Assembly (NCBI GenBank): GCA_038890615.1
Contig: JAWAFI010000006.1
Location: forward strand, 1 to 18,352
DNA from: Candidatus Anstonellales archaeon
Lineage (GTDB): Archaea; Micrarchaeota; Micrarchaeia; Anstonellales; J096
Length of the DNA stretch: 18,352 bases
Reading direction: 5' to 3'
In this document: in pieces, positions 9,501 through 18,181 of the stretch
How positions within the stretch are numbered: the first letter of the stretch is position 1
Layout of the letters: every line of letters begins with the position of its first letter
Translations under genes and position numbers: made by a program
Notes under the pieces: model-generated
Told to the model about the DNA's origin: nothing
Databases searched by the model: none
Seen by the model: the letters and a program-made list of their open reading frames with translations, nothing else

Positions 9501-12473
9501 GTAATCCCAATTAGCTCCTGCACTATGGTTGTAAGGATTATCACATATGCCGTCTATGTTTGCATCAACACAACCTAAGTTTTCAGAATAGAAATTACCG
9601 CCTATAATGGGCCCTCCTACTATGTTAGTCCCGCTTGTATTCGTAATGTTCCAGAAAAGATTTGGAATATTTAGAGAAACGTTTACACTCTTTGAATTAT
9701 ATAAGAACGCATTATTATAGATGATTCCTTTAACATTAGCAGAAGTTATACAAATCCCTCCTTTTTTCCACTTAGTTATATTGTTTAATGAAATGTTTAG
9801 ATCTGTTGGTTGGTCTTCTAATTTAATTGCGCATGATTTTTTATTAAGACCATCAAAGGTGTTGTTGTATATTGTTGTGTTTTTTGGAGAACTATATATA
9901 CGTATTGAAGCATCTAACTCACTTGAATTAGACACAAAAGCATTACCTATGATACTTAATCCATAAGATGCTCCTCCTTGCTGCAAGGATGTTCTGTTAA
10001 AAACATTTTCTTGAATGGTTAACCAGCCGCCAACATCAATAGGCCCAGCAAAACTATCAAATGTATTGTTTTCCACAACCGTGATAAACGAATTATTTGA
10101 GGAGTGTGAATCTATCCTAGCAGATGGTGCGCCATAAAAGTAGTTTCCGAAAACCAAGAAATAGCCATAATATGGTGAGATGCCACTAAGCCTAAAAGAT
10201 GAATTATTGAACGTGTTGTTAATAAGAAGACCAATTTCAGAAACGTTGCTTGAATATGAATATATTCTTACATCATTATTCACGAAGTTGTTATTCTTTA
10301 CAGAACCAACTAATTTAGCTGAATCCCCAGTAAAGTAAGCATCGCTAGTTTCGAAGAAGCTATTTTCAACGTTAAAAGTTGAAGGAAGTGGGCCAGTAAA
10401 ACCAAAGTAAACATCTCCTACTCTAAATGAGCTATTTTGTATATTTACAAATGAAGATCTAACACCTTCACAGTTGATCCTGTGCCTTCTGAAATATGAA
10501 TTTATTATTTCAATGTTTTTAGCAGAGTATATGTCCATAAACCGGGATGATAAATTAGTAGTGGCATTTACATTCTCAATAAACCATATAGTCCTTTCTA
10601 CTCCTGTCTCATCAGTGAATATTGAACCGGTAGAGTTCAGGAAGGTGGAATTAGTTATGTTTATGTAAAGGAATCCATAGTTGCTGCTAACACTAACACC
10701 ATTCTCTATTAATGTTAGGTTTGAATTGAAAACAGTTACGTTGTTAAATACCAATGAAGAGTTATTGGCAAGCGTATCTATATTGAATCCCCTTCCGTGC
10801 ACTCTAATGTTTGTAGAATTTATTGTGACATTCTCCAGTTTAAACTCTAATCTCATCCTCTGATAAAGCACATTTCTAATACCAAAATCATGATAATCTT
10901 CAATATAACTATTTGTGAGATAAAGATAATCTGATAGAGGAGAGAAATAGGAAAAAGATCTAGAGTTTAGAGCAAAGGTTTTGGCTGGATTAATGATATG
11001 GTTATTATCAATGCTTGTCGTTGATTTTATAATATCAATGCCGCTTCCATTTATCATAGTAAGGTTATTTAACGAGATATTGTAAGAAAAGCAAAGAATC
11101 ACTTGTTCAAAAACACTGTCGTTTATGCTTATGTTGCTTTTATTAACAATGCTTAATATCGGGCCGTTGTTTGAAGAAGAATTTATGAAAACAGGGCATC
11201 TTTTTTGGTTTGAAATGTCAGGAAATCTTATATGAAAAACTTCCGCAGGATATAAATTAGGTGGTTTATAGAAATAAGTATTTTCTACTATAAAGTTGGC
11301 TATTCGGTTCAAGCCACTAGAAGAAGAAAAGGGGCCATAACGTATAATGACTTTCCTAAAAGCATTTATGTATATGTTGGTATTATTTATTGAAATGTTT
11401 TCACGGTCATTAAAGGGAGAGGAAAAGGATAAAACAGGATAATATGGGTTTATGAATGAATCTTCATTGGAAGAGCTATCAGCCGCCCCATTAACATTTA
11501 TCGTTGTGTTATTTATAAAAACATTACTAGCCTCAACAACATTTATTGAAGTGCCATTTCCTGATGTTATGGATACATTATTCAAGAATATGTTAGAAAG
11601 ATAACTGTCAAAGTTTAGAGTTGTGAATGGTATGGTTGTATAGTTTGAAGAATAAAATGCTGAATTTAAAATAGCTATATTACTTGAACTAGTTGCATAT
11701 AATCCTGAAGTAGAGGTAGTAGTTAGCTGATATGAATAAAAGTCAAGGTTGTCTATTATTAGGTTGTTTGTGTTCCCTTGTATATATACAGCATACCGCC
11801 AGTTATTTGAATTGTAGTGGGTTATTCTAGTATTATTTATAGTTGTATTGTAGGAAGCATCTAAATAAATCAACCTAGTGCCATTCAGAGATGAGGAGTT
11901 TATTAAAGTGTTATTTGAAGAAATTATAGAAAGTGCATATGATATTCCATCACCTGAAGTAGTTAATTGATAGACATCCATATCATTTATGACTGTGTTT
12001 CTGCTTCTCGTAATAGTTATATTGCTCCTGTTCATTGAGCCAATAACGTTCAGCCTGTCTATTGATATGTTCGTTGAAGCATTTATATATAAAGGATAAG
12101 TGGAATTGACAGTTGTAAGATTCCATGCATTAACGTTTGAAACATTTGAAAAAAGGAACCCATAACTCGCGTTGGTGGAATTTGTTAAGGTTATGTTAGT
12201 AATGTTTATATAGCCATTTGGAGTCGGATTTGAAACAAAAACACCTATTCTTGAACCATTCAGATTTATAATAAAACCATCGCCATATAAAGATACATTT
12301 TGGGAGGTTATGTTTATGCAAGGGCTAGCGTTAGCAACAATGTCAGCAACAATGTGATATTCTCCTGGAGAGTTAATAAGGGTGCATGAATTTATATCAA
12401 TTGCAAAAGAAGGGATGAACAAAAATAAAATGCTAAGCACAGTCAGAGCATAATCTTCCTTCCATTGATCCAT
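1..12473 (-). CDS. Giant secreted multidomain cell-surface protein / putative adhesin (beta-helix + Ig/CARDB + FG-GAP + lectin-like modules), >=4157 aa, 3' end outside window
   Basis: ATG at 12473-12471 follows an in-frame TAG (12482-12480). Translation begins [45 protein letters not shown] and, in the same frame, ends ...[20 protein letters not shown] at the window edge. Manual translation of most of the span found no stop. An internal stop would also have produced a long minus-strand ORF in the track, and none is listed. Recognisable surface-protein motifs occur throughout. Confidence 0.95.
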   Translation of the reverse strand, partial: MDQWKEDYALTVLSILFLFIPSFAIDINSCTLINSPGEYHIVADIVANASPCINITSQNVSLYGDGFIINLNGSRIGVFVSNPTPNGYINITNITLTNSTNASYGFLFSNVSNVNAWNLTTVNSTYPLYINASTNISIDRLNVIGSMNRSNITITRSRNTVINDMDVYQLTTSGDGISYALSIISSNNTLINSSSLNGTRLIYLDASYNTTINNTRITHYNSNNWRYAVYIQGNTNNLIIDNLDFYSYQLTTTSTSGLYATSSSNIAILNSAFYSSNYTTIPFTTLNFDSYLSNIFLNNVSITSGNGTSINVVEASNVFINNTTINVNGAADSSSNEDSFINPYYPVLSFSSPFNDRENISINNTNIYINAFRKVIIRYGPFSSSSGLNRIANFIVENTYFYKPPNLYPAEVFHIRFPDISNQKRCPVFINSSSNNGPILSIVNKSNISINDSVFEQVILCFSYNISLNNLTMINGSGIDIIKSTTSIDNNHIINPAKTFALNSRSFSYFSPLSDYLYLTNSYIEDYHDFGIRNVLYQRMRLEFKLENVTINSTNIRVHGRGFNIDTLANNSSLVFNNVTVFNSNLTLIENGVSVSSNYGFLYINITNSTFLNSTGSIFTDETGVERTIWFIENVNATTNLSSRFMDIYSAKNIEIINSYFRRHRINCEGVRSSFVNIQNSSFRVGDVYFGFTGPLPSTFNVENSFFETSDAYFTGDSAKLVGSVKNNNFVNNDVRIYSYSSNVSEIGLLINNTFNNSSFRLSGISPYYGYFLVFGNYFYGAPSARIDSHSSNNSFITVVENNTFDSFAGPIDVGGWLTIQENVFNRTSLQQGGASYGLSIIGNAFVSNSSELDASIRIYSSPKNTTIYNNTFDGLNKKSCAIKLEDQPTDLNISLNNITKWKKGGICITSANVKGIIYNNAFLYNSKSVNVSLNIPNLFWNITNTSGTNIVGGPIIGGNFYSENLGCVDANIDGICDNPYNHSAGANWDYLPLSYSLSTVWLVYEAEDVLETHPGMSYIYNTTLYNFGNETAFNVTPSIQCPINWICQALNATIDNVTPMQGVNVSFNISPYLYEYASSKVVYLIANASNENTTKANNSLLFYLLQPNVSVVSPPLVNVSENVTSTVEILLNNTGNGNAFNLSLTHNCPAQWACTFNESLIANLPNNSYRNISLNITVPYNWSTVNTTVTIKASDWHLKNSTNTTLVHMLSPYIYWEIYSPTIDSGANNSFEVNVTNRGDAPANASLSISCYSSWLCSLNETIASLNPGEKKTITVYAWVPLFETASQRSATYTAVDYRNRWTWSKTGTIYLDLGMSWNTTNVSANLTVPSYSIQQISNTGANPKTIAVSIEDCPAGWTCAFNESSFTLNPGQKKDLNLTIIVPYSETRYEAKIKAVANDSVKISKSDITIFIRQPSFAWQTEPQTLFRGQWNSFTENLTNNGSIAWEVNISVICPAGWTCNLNISSVLLNPGANESINVSAYIPLDYNFQSANITLIANDSVRAFLKNVSASVKGAYFNFTIEKKNLTRLNSTVLLLNVTNIGDAPSTAVTVGAVCYDATCILNQTSIPSLAAGEKTTLEINITPSLNVSSTPYYFNLTANSSESARNQQLSLTVQLPTLAITAPSYVYTPIGSGSAFNITISNKGRDTAYYVVSNVTCKPTWVCYINGTQYFNLSANDSANLTLYVMPPLDETQNGTANITVLEYSPRINDTESVQIRIYVPPVLTEVPVDYLLEPRINFAGALDIATGDFDGNGYVDFVLVRNDTSLIYSTSYFRNFTNTANLSTTGACSGASGDFNRDLYQDIAIGYENGSVLVYTNDGFGSFSYAYGTTRPLPSCALASGDFNKDGYIDLVVANGNDLYILINSGSSLSFGGLVATLPSPRGLTAGDYDNDGNIDIAAGDYGGQLNIIANNGSMGFNVTSTYMNLHSNAKLYGLCTGDMELNMSALDIVSGDFIGEIEYFRNREGVFSQQVVKNIGEGINALSCADLDRDGDIDILYSTDSISQPIFSQSSINKTKGSSTYPNYIQVSIKVKYPYYREGRSFTITDTWIEGEVIPSTVADARIVDANGIERLIPSGRISYNETSIVFSDVLNETTTPYIGKNQYFTVKYRVQYNLSYQSILVPIVEYDRDAPFTYPVSEFLSDDVNNFASSPNVINPLPSVPRAKDIGIVQEFLPDIVPLNIAVYDGSRETNIVNDPYYTHPSSPRSILLEYGVSATPDLAQGENLTILLYVTNIGTGASAANATLLINETYFASCMVEVVANQTSMCNISKEYTWWNPLKGDYNLTLVVDPDGTLPEANKSNNNLSTTFTVLEGADPSIISLDLLDFSNSSATEVYEDTLVRFNVVLANFLSHNASVFLALRWNESGNSSDFKYLDEGDDYCYQQPRPKRVFLNGNSTSSYLLGNSNTLPCRENLAYDFIAPRQYGSSTDLEGSVEIYTYYESYPMDSKKTNNDIATDKIKVKPTPPDYSVCSVVKTSPTFPYTLSTTTNPGCMKNILNSPSYNPVTLLPNGTFLLNITVYNIGGMPGTTTVRFWWDNGTLLGTPQVINVDPHDTVQVIQMVDMAGSNSTRVIKMEVVPEPGEISNSTNNGTITLEIGNLEVEMSPLTNALISQSGEKEWVTAKVKNTGGMPTAPTTIQFSVNGDVKHTLSVPALNPDESIRYQVDVDVPGDVARSNVSVSVDPSNIIPEISEGDNNATLPVCNLDVTLEVTMPPNLEAGRTNQINVKMRNNNNYRVETEFCQASLRGLKVDIYDGDVLVHSLIAREGADNSSSGNWLQLIANEEKNFTFFVYVPDGLNGTYTYNASVLSTYKPYGGHLWLAGNETKAQYIYITPDVSAVEIEPNGFATFVDGVNVYSNDGNLEHNNRQRMDSYFSTGIRKVNYITEDTGTPVVYVSRKIETSGVVNVVSPLSPPIEVQLLTTSLREGYLEIVNVSVTNNDISPITLSSIVLEVYNATGKVSDLYIENEYSSLVISPLSTKVVSMQVYVPEGLNNYTVKAKAYRQVRIPVVSYWHNHYFGTSINDSQAANSSYSDWIPYRLELYSGPYKGAFYGRTTWAGSSWQEVIDTSMDFSGQCEVFTDGVFRGREPGIIGKNITFKCTSQNGDYPQPSYLRVFEVFNATSSATITSPNQSAYSLSAEMPSGGPYSGAWNDVRLTVTNNQNSNLTFNTVHIYLVNSSNTSQFVADIYGESGLVFEPGTSSKLLHFYIPDTVPSDTLLKLRAVTPIVIYTGFHQYSFGARKYANNSTLFDERWPGDWSRQGALGSFKLYSPVATLGKAYLYHTLSYEETGVVSLYVNGVLVGRYGGEKDGYYSTSAWSNYFPFNIPEGVSQINAEISGTTWGPFPTDLSKVVKLEIERPYEQEFGEVVLNQQLSIGAEASVSARKAYYANISLNLTNTLNTTMSIYAIEIYGATNSSNTSVLLYSEIFDDMEVEPLSTYSFNRLIYIPYTLSANALYIRVINRYYSPILWRTAPAANFDINTAKYASFDDSDWPVMPHTISAIMKQKVYLPSKLIAMDLYPRGAEEVWYDQFNSPLQVISKYVSSADKNYWYTIKGTSLVKASPLYLSYKSLPSLATGYGVRAAYYYSVDSLVPLYLSTSNYPVRGLYEVEENVSAGQTYMLTVNLINDLPFPSDIQVLASLDDKQNNRTETLYAASYLVPPSSSTLAMFNATIPTSRVYYSGAESTSSGTKMELVTCNGIMDMNTTYNVRLSSTTESITPDGDYVIFYMDGVQSLSSFTADWYIDSQYLLTSSDSNSSFTWKNGDVKLIFIACEKYNGTVSGRYLLEIPSSMLSAGVHKINITATNPGWIALAKGSCPTGVVCGQRLDTSSNIALIPVVYRLGSDAQGAHESITKRALVSEDIGKNPAIPTTDWVVENPAGVLVPGSGAPIAPPYIYRKEIFPDSFLRDMFAVRTSSLWVNGQKVSSASIFTDLSIGSSNSIAYSTDSNSPEFLLFHQFNVPMTKANLALYDYILYCIPHQLYSPAGGSVVGDCYLNNTGNRNLNVTVSTNTSWAVPNQTFFESLAPGESRQFLVNYTPPFINDWANITIMGDEPNAGLRNDSVIVIVNVSLNYTLYCDPHVLYAEPYGSVSGQCFLTALGEVPLNITVSTDTSWAVPNQTYFPSLAPGETRPFMVNYTPPFTNGTA
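545..4340 (-). repeat. About five 195-240 aa units, each an Ig-like domain plus a divergent jelly-roll (galactose-binding-domain-like) module
   Basis: A recurring Ig strand: FVYVPDGL (~4075), VYVPEGL (~3490), FYIPDT (~2825), IYIPYT (~2105), ATIPTS (~1425). Intervening aromatic-rich segments carry FDDSDW (1968-1985), FDERW (~2690), SYSDW (~3345), LYVNGVLVG (~2555), FVDG (~3900), FTDG (~3210), YIYRKEIF (~750) and LWVNGQKV (~680). Confidence 0.55.
4350..5935 (-). repeat. Four CARDB-like domains
   Basis: LPDIVP...VTNIG...[23 protein letters not shown]...DSKKTNN; PPDYSV...VYNIGG...[14 protein letters not shown]...VKNTGG...[16 protein letters not shown]. The first and last match the CARDB VDPxNxxxExxExNN signature well. 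Confidence 0.8.
6465..7250 (-). repeat. Six FG-GAP/VCBS-like Ca-binding repeats (beta-propeller)
   Basis: First Asp of each motif: [11 protein letters not shown] (7217), [11 protein letters not shown] (7079), [11 protein letters not shown] (6935), [11 protein letters not shown] (6797), degenerate [12 protein letters not shown] (6644), [11 protein letters not shown] (6500). Period 46-51 aa. Confidence 0.9.
7300..9480 (-). repeat. Seven tandem ~103-aa Ig-like (CARDB/NEW3-like) repeats with a conserved Cys pair
   Basis: CPINWIC (9330-9350), CPAQWAC (9009-9029), CYSSWLC (8700-8720), CPAGWTC (8391-8411), CPAGWTC (8088-8108), CYDATC (7785-7802), CKPTWVC (7473-7493), spaced 303-321 nt. Each is preceded by N-x-G, and several are followed by an LNPG/LAAG turn. 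Confidence 0.85.
9490..12400 (-). repeat. Right-handed parallel beta-helix region (NosD / pectin-lyase-like), ~970 aa
   Basis: N-terminal cap [17 protein letters not shown]...[16 protein letters not shown]. Many N/I/S-rich rungs (IYNNTF, VENNTF, INNTF, VKNNNF). C-terminal cap [41 protein letters not shown]...DYLPL (~9495-9655) matches the end of archaeal NosD-domain surface proteins. Confidence 0.85.
12402..12473 (-). other. Putative Sec signal peptide of the giant protein (aa 1-24)
   Basis: Hydrophobic core [13 protein letters not shown] followed by S-F-A, which fits a small-x-A signal peptidase I site. The n-region (MDQWKEDY) is atypically acidic. Confidence 0.7.
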
Positions 12474-12530
12474 AGATATCTATAGTAATAGCAACTGTTT
12501 ATTTTAAAATATATACTACTATAATACTCT
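12474..12530. promoter_or_regulatory. Compact divergent promoter region with a palindromic TATA-like box
   Basis: 57-bp AT-rich spacer between head-to-head ATGs. Perfect palindrome TATTTTAAAATA at 12500-12511. Its core TTTTAAAA lies at -29..-22 from the infB ATG and -36..-29 from the giant-gene ATG. No Shine-Dalgarno on either side, consistent with leaderless transcripts. Confidence 0.65.
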
Positions 12531-14252
12531 ATGCTCAGATCTCCTATAGTGGCTGTGTTAGGCCACGTTGACCATGGCAAAACCACATTATTAGACAAGA
12601 TTAGAGGAACTGCCGTGGCAAAAAAGGAGGCTGGCGGCATAACCCAAATGATTGGGGCTAGCTACATTGAGAAAGAGACGATAGAAAGGATAATTAAAGA
12701 TCTTAAGGGGCGCATGAAGGCAGAAATAGGAATTCCTGGGCTGATGTTCATAGACACGCCAGGCCACGAGGCCTTTACAAACCTGCGCGAGAGAGGGGGC
12801 AGCATAGCCGACATAGCAGTTCTTGTAATTGACATGATGCAGGGAATACAGCCGCAGACAATTGAAAGCATGAGGATACTCAAGAGCTTCAAAACTCCTT
12901 TTGTGGTTGCTGCTAACAAGGCAGACATGATAAGGGGCTGGAAAAAGACAGGGGAGAGCTCTATACTGAAGGCAATGGAAGCGCAGAGCAAAGCAGTAGT
13001 TGAAGATATGGAGCAAAAGATTTATGCGATTATAGGCCAACTTTCAGAGCAGGGCTTCAACTCAGAAAGGTTTGACAGGGTAGCTGATTTCACAAAGGAA
13101 GTTGCAATAGTGCCGATAAGCGGAAAAACAGGAGAGGGAGTTGCTGAGCTGCTGCTAATAATCGCAGGGCTTACCCAGCGATTTATGCAGAACGAGCTAA
13201 ATTTAGAGGCAGAGCAGGCAAAAGGAAGCATAATGGAAGTAAAGGAAGTAAAAGGCATGGGCACTGTATTAGATGTAATACTTTATGATGGAGTCCTTAA
13301 GAAAGGGGACTCTATTGCTTTCCTAGGCAAGAATGGGTTGGTAAAAAGCAAGGTAAGAGGGATAGTTGTAACTGACTCAAAAGAAGGGCTTAAGTATGTA
13401 GACCAAGCAGTCGCAGCAGCAGGGATAAGGCTCATAGGTAGCGACTTTGATGAGGCAGTAGCCGGATCTCCTCTTGTCGTAGAAAAAGACGGTAAAGAAG
13501 GCAAGATAATAAGCAGTGAAATAAAGAATATAATATTCAACAGGGAAGGCATGGGTTTGATTGTAAGAGCAGACACGTTAGGCTCACTTGAAGCATTGGT
13601 AAGGCTTCTTGAAGAAAAAGGCCACAAAATAAGAAAGGCAGACATAGGCAACATCACAAGGAGCGATATATGCGAGGCAGATGCGCTCAAAAAAGAGGAT
13701 TTAGCGCTTGGTGTCGTAGTTGGGTTCAATGTAAAGGTCAATGAAGATGCAAGGGAGGAGGCAAACAACAGGAAAATCCGCATAATAAGCAGCAATATAA
13801 TTTACAGGGTAATTGAGGAATACGATGCTTATAAGCTTGAGACAGAGAGGAATAAGAAAGAAATGCTTATGGAATCCCTTCCTTACCCAGCAAAAGTGCT
13901 GCCCCTGAAGAGCCACTGTTTTAGGGTTTCAAAGCCATGCATTTTTGGCATTGAAGTGCTTGATGGAATTTTAAAGAAAGGGGCATGCCTTATGGATTCT
14001 GAGGGAAGGTTTGCAGGAGAAGTGAGAGGAATCCAGGAGGATAGGAACGAAATAGAAAGGGCTGAGAAGGGAAAGAAGGTTGCAATCTCTTTGGACGGAG
14101 CAGTTTATGGAAAGGAGATAAATGAAAACGTCATCATTTACTCAAAAATGGGAAGGGATGAGATAAGGGCTTGGGAGGAGAACTTGGAATTGCTAGATGA
14201 AAGTGCAATAAGGGCCCTTGAAGAGATAAAAAGGATAGTTTACAAACTATAA
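12531..14252 (+). CDS. infB: Translation initiation factor aIF5B (IF-2 homolog), 573 aa
   Basis: [20 protein letters not shown] (G1), [38 protein letters not shown] (G3), NKAD (G4), [11 protein letters not shown]. It lacks the long bacterial N-terminal extension, as expected for the archaeal form. Confidence 0.98.
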   Translation: MLRSPIVAVLGHVDHGKTTLLDKIRGTAVAKKEAGGITQMIGASYIEKETIERIIKDLKGRMKAEIGIPGLMFIDTPGHEAFTNLRERGGSIADIAVLVIDMMQGIQPQTIESMRILKSFKTPFVVAANKADMIRGWKKTGESSILKAMEAQSKAVVEDMEQKIYAIIGQLSEQGFNSERFDRVADFTKEVAIVPISGKTGEGVAELLLIIAGLTQRFMQNELNLEAEQAKGSIMEVKEVKGMGTVLDVILYDGVLKKGDSIAFLGKNGLVKSKVRGIVVTDSKEGLKYVDQAVAAAGIRLIGSDFDEAVAGSPLVVEKDGKEGKIISSEIKNIIFNREGMGLIVRADTLGSLEALVRLLEEKGHKIRKADIGNITRSDICEADALKKEDLALGVVVGFNVKVNEDAREEANNRKIRIISSNIIYRVIEEYDAYKLETERNKKEMLMESLPYPAKVLPLKSHCFRVSKPCIFGIEVLDGILKKGACLMDSEGRFAGEVRGIQEDRNEIERAEKGKKVAISLDGAVYGKEINENVIIYSKMGRDEIRAWEENLELLDESAIRALEEIKRIVYKL

Positions 14253-14819
14253 CATCTTTACCAGCTCAGCCCAGGATTTTGCTGCTTTATTCTTTGGCTT
14301 TTGAAATCTTGGTTCCATGGGGCATCAAAAAGTATTGCTTTGCCTTTTTCTGAGAATTTCAGCAGGAATTCAGGGTAATCGTCAATAAGCACCTTCACCC
14401 TATGCTTCATGCACACTGAAGCCTTGTCCTTCCTCTCCTTTTTAGCCCAATATCCAGTGAATTCAATATAAGAAAACTTTTTGGGAAAATAGCTCTCTAT
14501 CCACAGGATAGTTTCTGGCCTAATTATATCAGGTCTGGATGTGATTACCATAAGGTCATAATTTTTGGAGAGTTTTTCTATACTTATTATGGCTCCCTTC
14601 ATGGGCTTTATCTGGGAGAAAAAAATCTGATGAATAGAAGGAAAGTATTTTGTTGAACGCCTGCCTCTCATTCCCTCCCCAGACCTCCCAAAATCTAAAA
14701 GAGAAGAAATCGTTCTTTTTGAAAGAAGTTCCATAGGTCGCATTGTGCCATTCTATTAGTTTTGAGGTGAAATCAGCTAATACATCATCAAGGTCAAACG
14801 CAACCATAGCCTTTTTCAT
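14247..14819 (-). pseudogene. HAD-superfamily 5'(3')-deoxyribonucleotidase (NT5C)-like gene with two frameshifts; ~190 aa if repaired
   Basis: Motif I AFDLDDVLADF lies in ORF 14556..14819. Motif II ITSR, the motif III Lys, motif IV LIDD and APWN lie in ORF 14258..14743. The frames join at a T7 run (plus-strand A7, 14619-14625). The expected tail [14 protein letters not shown] (stop 14249-14247) is back in the first frame after ~14284. Confidence 0.8.
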
Positions 14820-14877
14820 CGTTGATCAACGGAATAAATAAGGTAAACTTTTTAACTATTAGCGAAAACAACGCTTT
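14820..14877. promoter_or_regulatory. Divergent promoter region between the NT5C-like gene and the OFOR operon
   Basis: Purine-rich AGGTAAAC then TTTTTAAC (14849-14856), i.e. -29..-22 from ATG 14878, fits archaeal BRE-TATA spacing. Perfect palindrome CGTTGATCAACG at 14820-14831. Confidence 0.55.
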
Positions 14878-16629
14878 ATGTTTATCTGGAAAATAGGAGG
14901 AGAAGCAGGTTTCGGCATAATGAACGCAGGCCTTGCTTTTGCAAGGGCATTCTCAAGAAATGGCTACTGGGCTTATGTTTATCCAGAATACCCTTCGCTC
15001 ATAAGAGGAGGTAATAATACAATACAAGTGATTGTTGATGAGAAAGAAGTCAATGCGCCTAGGGCAAATTGCGATGTGCTTGTAGCACTTGACCAATTCA
15101 CTCTCAACTCACATAAAGAATGTGTACGTAAAGGAGGAGCAATACTTTACGACCCTGCAAGCGCAAAGCCAAACGGAGGGGAAGCAGAGTATATTCCAAT
15201 TGAGTTCAGCAAGATTGCTTTGGAAGCAGGGGGCCTGCTTTATAAAAACATTGTAGCAGTGGCTGCATCCCTTGCTGTGTTTGGAGCACCTCTTGAAACC
15301 CTTTATGCAATAATAGAGGATGAGTTCAGAAGAAAGGGTGAAAAGGTTGTCAATGAAAACAAGAAGGCAGCTGAAATGGGCTACAGGGCAATAAGCAAAA
15401 GGCTTAGTTATGTAAAGAAAATAGGGGAGCCCATGCCTGTGCTGAGTGGAAACCACGCAATAGCTTTAGGGGGGATAAGCGCAGGGCTGAATTTTTACGC
15501 AGCCTATCCAATGACTCCGGCCTCCTCAATACTCCATGTGCTTGCGGAGATTGAAAAGAAGCACAACATAGTTGTAAAGCAGGTTGAGGACGAGATTGCT
15601 GCAATGAACATGGCAATAGGCGCAAGCTATGCAGGAGCAAGAGCAATGGTTGGCACTTCAGGAGGTGGCTTTGCCCTGATGACAGAGGGAATGAGTTTGG
15701 CAGGGTTGTCTGAAATACCAATCACAGTAGTACTTGCGCAAAGGACAGGGCCTAGCACTGGGATGCCTACTTGGACAGAGCAGGCAGACCTTCTTTTTGC
15801 GCTTTATTCAGGGCATGGGGATTTTCCGAAAGTCGTGATTGCGCCTGGGGATCATAAGGAGGCGTTTGAGTTGACAGGGAAGGCACTTAACATTGCAGAG
15901 AAATACCAGGTGCAAGTTATCCTCCTAAGCGACAAGTTCCTTTCCGAAAGCTGGAAATCAGAAAGGGGGCTTGAAAACCTTAAGGTTCCTATTGAAAGGG
16001 GCAAGATACTTTATGAGATTAAGGAACAATTAGGAGAAGGGGAGAGGTTCAAGAGGTACAAGTTCACTGATGATGGGGTTTCACCAAGGCCCATTCCTGG
16101 AGTGAAGAATGGAAGGCACGTTGCAACCTCCTATGAGCACTGGGAGAACGGCTTTTCTACAGAGCACTTCAAGACGAGGAAGGAAATGGTGGATAAAAGG
16201 GCCAAAAAGCTTGAAACATTGAGGAAGGATATCGAGTTGCCAAAAACATATGGGAACGGTGAGAAAGTCCTTGTTTGCTGGGGTTCATCAAAGATGCCTG
16301 TGCTTGATGCCCTGCCTGAAATTGAGAGGCTAGGCTACAGGGTTGTGCACTTCAGCTATGTTTATCCCATTCCAATAGAGGCAAAAAAAGCTCTTAAGGG
16401 CAAAAAGCTGGTTGCCCTTGAAAACAATAGCACAGCACAGTTCTCAAAACTCCTAAAGTCAGAGTTGCTGGTTGAGCCAGATGCATATATACTTAGGTAT
16501 GATGCAAGGCCCTTCTTTGTAGAAGATGTAATAGATGCTTTGAAAAAGGTGGAGGCAGGGGAGAAAAAGGTTGTTGTTTTCCACGACACACCTTACGAGC
16601 CATACACGCTTACTAAGGTGGTTGAATGA
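14878..16629 (+). CDS. korA: 2-oxoacid:ferredoxin oxidoreductase subunit alpha (fused gamma-alpha), 583 aa
   Basis: IGGEAGFGI and YPSLIRGG (gamma domain); SGNHAIALG, YPMTPAS, QVEDEIAA, TSGGGFALMTE, QRTGPSTGMPT. Substrate specificity cannot be determined from sequence. Confidence 0.95.
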   Translation: MFIWKIGGEAGFGIMNAGLAFARAFSRNGYWAYVYPEYPSLIRGGNNTIQVIVDEKEVNAPRANCDVLVALDQFTLNSHKECVRKGGAILYDPASAKPNGGEAEYIPIEFSKIALEAGGLLYKNIVAVAASLAVFGAPLETLYAIIEDEFRRKGEKVVNENKKAAEMGYRAISKRLSYVKKIGEPMPVLSGNHAIALGGISAGLNFYAAYPMTPASSILHVLAEIEKKHNIVVKQVEDEIAAMNMAIGASYAGARAMVGTSGGGFALMTEGMSLAGLSEIPITVVLAQRTGPSTGMPTWTEQADLLFALYSGHGDFPKVVIAPGDHKEAFELTGKALNIAEKYQVQVILLSDKFLSESWKSERGLENLKVPIERGKILYEIKEQLGEGERFKRYKFTDDGVSPRPIPGVKNGRHVATSYEHWENGFSTEHFKTRKEMVDKRAKKLETLRKDIELPKTYGNGEKVLVCWGSSKMPVLDALPEIERLGYRVVHFSYVYPIPIEAKKALKGKKLVALENNSTAQFSKLLKSELLVEPDAYILRYDARPFFVEDVIDALKKVEAGEKKVVVFHDTPYEPYTLTKVVE

Positions 16630-17486
16630 TAACAGTAAAGGATTTCACCCCAAAAGAAAATCCTCAGTGGTGCCCGGGGTGCGGAAACTTTGCTATAATA
16701 AACAGCATAAAAGCAGCACTTGCAAAAATGCAGGTAGACCCTGAAGATGTGGTGGTTGTTTCTGGGGTTGGGTGCTCAGGTAAATCAAGCCATTATATCA
16801 ATACTTATGGGTTTGAAGGCCTGCATGGAAGGACACTGCCGCTTGCAGCAGGAGTTAAGCTCACAAACCACGATCTGATAGTGATTGCTGAAGGGGGAGA
16901 TGGGGATGGGTATGGGATAGGAATGGGCCACTTCGTGCATTCGCTAAGGAGAAACCTTGATTTAACGTACATTGTGCATGACAACCAGATTTATGGACTG
17001 ACCACTGGGCAAACTTCACCTACTACTCTGAAAGGAATGAAAACAAGGACAAACCCTGAAGGGGCAGTTGAGGAGCCAATACACCCAGTGGAGCTTGCCC
17101 TTTCTTGTGGTGGCTCTTTTGTTGCAAGAGCCTATGCAGGAGACCTTCCGCATATGGTAAATATAATTGTAGAAGCAATAAGGCACAAGGGCTTCTCTTT
17201 TGTTGATGTGCTGCAGCCCTGCATAACATTCAACAAAATGAATACCTATGCTTGGTTCCAGGAAAGGGTATACAAGCTAGAAGAAGCAGGGCATAATCCA
17301 AAGGATTGGAATGCAGCAATGGAGAAGGCAAGAGAAGAAATTGAAACAAACTATAAGAAGCTTCCAATAGGCATTTTCTACAAGGAAGAAAGACCTACAT
17401 ATTGGGAAGAAGCAGGCTATCCAAAGCCTTTGCTCAAGCTTGAGCAGAAAACCTCTGTTGAAGAGGACCTGAAGGCGCTGATGTAA
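16626..17486 (+). CDS. korB: 2-oxoacid:ferredoxin oxidoreductase subunit beta (TPP-binding), 286 aa
   Basis: WCPGCG, SGVGCS, LHGR, GGDGDGYGIG...DNQIYGLTTGQTSPT, LQPCITFN. ATGA overlap with the alpha subunit. Confidence 0.95.
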   Translation: MITVKDFTPKENPQWCPGCGNFAIINSIKAALAKMQVDPEDVVVVSGVGCSGKSSHYINTYGFEGLHGRTLPLAAGVKLTNHDLIVIAEGGDGDGYGIGMGHFVHSLRRNLDLTYIVHDNQIYGLTTGQTSPTTLKGMKTRTNPEGAVEEPIHPVELALSCGGSFVARAYAGDLPHMVNIIVEAIRHKGFSFVDVLQPCITFNKMNTYAWFQERVYKLEEAGHNPKDWNAAMEKAREEIETNYKKLPIGIFYKEERPTYWEEAGYPKPLLKLEQKTSVEEDLKALM

Positions 17487-18163
17487 TGGATTCAAAAGAG
17501 GAAGAGCTTGAGGCAAAAATAGGTAAGGAAGAACTTGAGAAGAGAGTAAAGGCAAAGATTGAGGAATTCTCAGGGCTGATTACTCGCCAGCTGGCTATAG
17601 AAGCATTGCATAAAGAAGTATTTGGGGAAAGGAAAGGTATGGATATAGAAGGGGTTTTGGAAGCGCTTGGCGATGAGGAAGAGTTCAATGGAAAGCCTCG
17701 CAGGATTGCTTTTATAAGGGAAGGCGAGAAAAGAGTGGAAATGGCTTTCTGGGGCGAGCTTGCAGTTGCACTCCGCAGGATACTTATTGGGAGCAGGATA
17801 AGGGTTACAAAATGCTATGAGAAATATGGTATTATTAACACAGGTTTCAATTCTCAGTTGGAGGTATTGCAGAAGGTGGTGCCTGTTGAAGATTATTCAG
17901 AGCTTAAGGAAGGGAGAATTAACATAAAGGGGCTTGTGTTTGAGATGCAAGGTGTTAGGGAAAGGCAGGATGGGAGGGAAATGGGAGAATTTGCCTTAAC
18001 TGATGGGAGGAAGAAGGTCAGGTGCATCGTGTGGGATGGAGTTGATAGGGTGGAAAAGCTTAGACCTGGCGACATAGTTTTGATAGAGGGCGCCGAGGTC
18101 AGGGAAGGTGAGGTGCATATTGGGAGAGGAACCAGATTCCTTGTGAAAAAGAAAAAATTATAG
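17486..18163 (+). CDS. Replication protein A-like OB-fold single-stranded nucleic acid-binding protein, 225 aa
   Basis: N-terminal helical segment EELEKRVKAKIEEFSGLITRQLA resembles archaeal RPA. Two OB-fold-like units: ...RVEMAFWG... and ...LTDGRKKVRCIVWD...LRPGDIVLIEGAEVR...VHIG. TAATG overlap with the beta subunit. Confidence 0.75.
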   Translation: MDSKEEELEAKIGKEELEKRVKAKIEEFSGLITRQLAIEALHKEVFGERKGMDIEGVLEALGDEEEFNGKPRRIAFIREGEKRVEMAFWGELAVALRRILIGSRIRVTKCYEKYGIINTGFNSQLEVLQKVVPVEDYSELKEGRINIKGLVFEMQGVRERQDGREMGEFALTDGRKKVRCIVWDGVDRVEKLRPGDIVLIEGAEVREGEVHIGRGTRFLVKKKKL

Positions 18164-18181
18164 AACTAGGCAGAAGAAAAG

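Noticed and set aside
665..10863. About 20 short ORFs in the track across the left region (plus strand, and minus 1343..1531)
   Set aside because: They are antisense or out-of-frame shadows of the giant minus-strand CDS and show no recognisable motifs.
12333..12355. 11-nt direct repeat AGCAACAATGT at 12-nt period (HIVA-DIVA)
   Set aside because: A single in-frame micro-duplication with no evident function.
12443..12473. Possible frameshift at the giant gene's start, since another frame reads GRKIML, a more typical basic signal n-region
   Set aside because: That frame has no suitable nearby upstream start, and the ATG at 12473 already gives an open frame with a hydrophobic core and cleavage site.
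12560..12600. Intein in aIF5B after GHVDHGK, as occurs in some archaea
   Set aside because: The sequence continues directly as TTLLD and the protein has normal length.
12443..18075. Minus-strand ORFs overlapping infB, korA, korB and the RPA-like gene
   Set aside because: Antisense shadows of well-supported plus-strand genes. The two NT5C-like fragments are excluded from this rejection.
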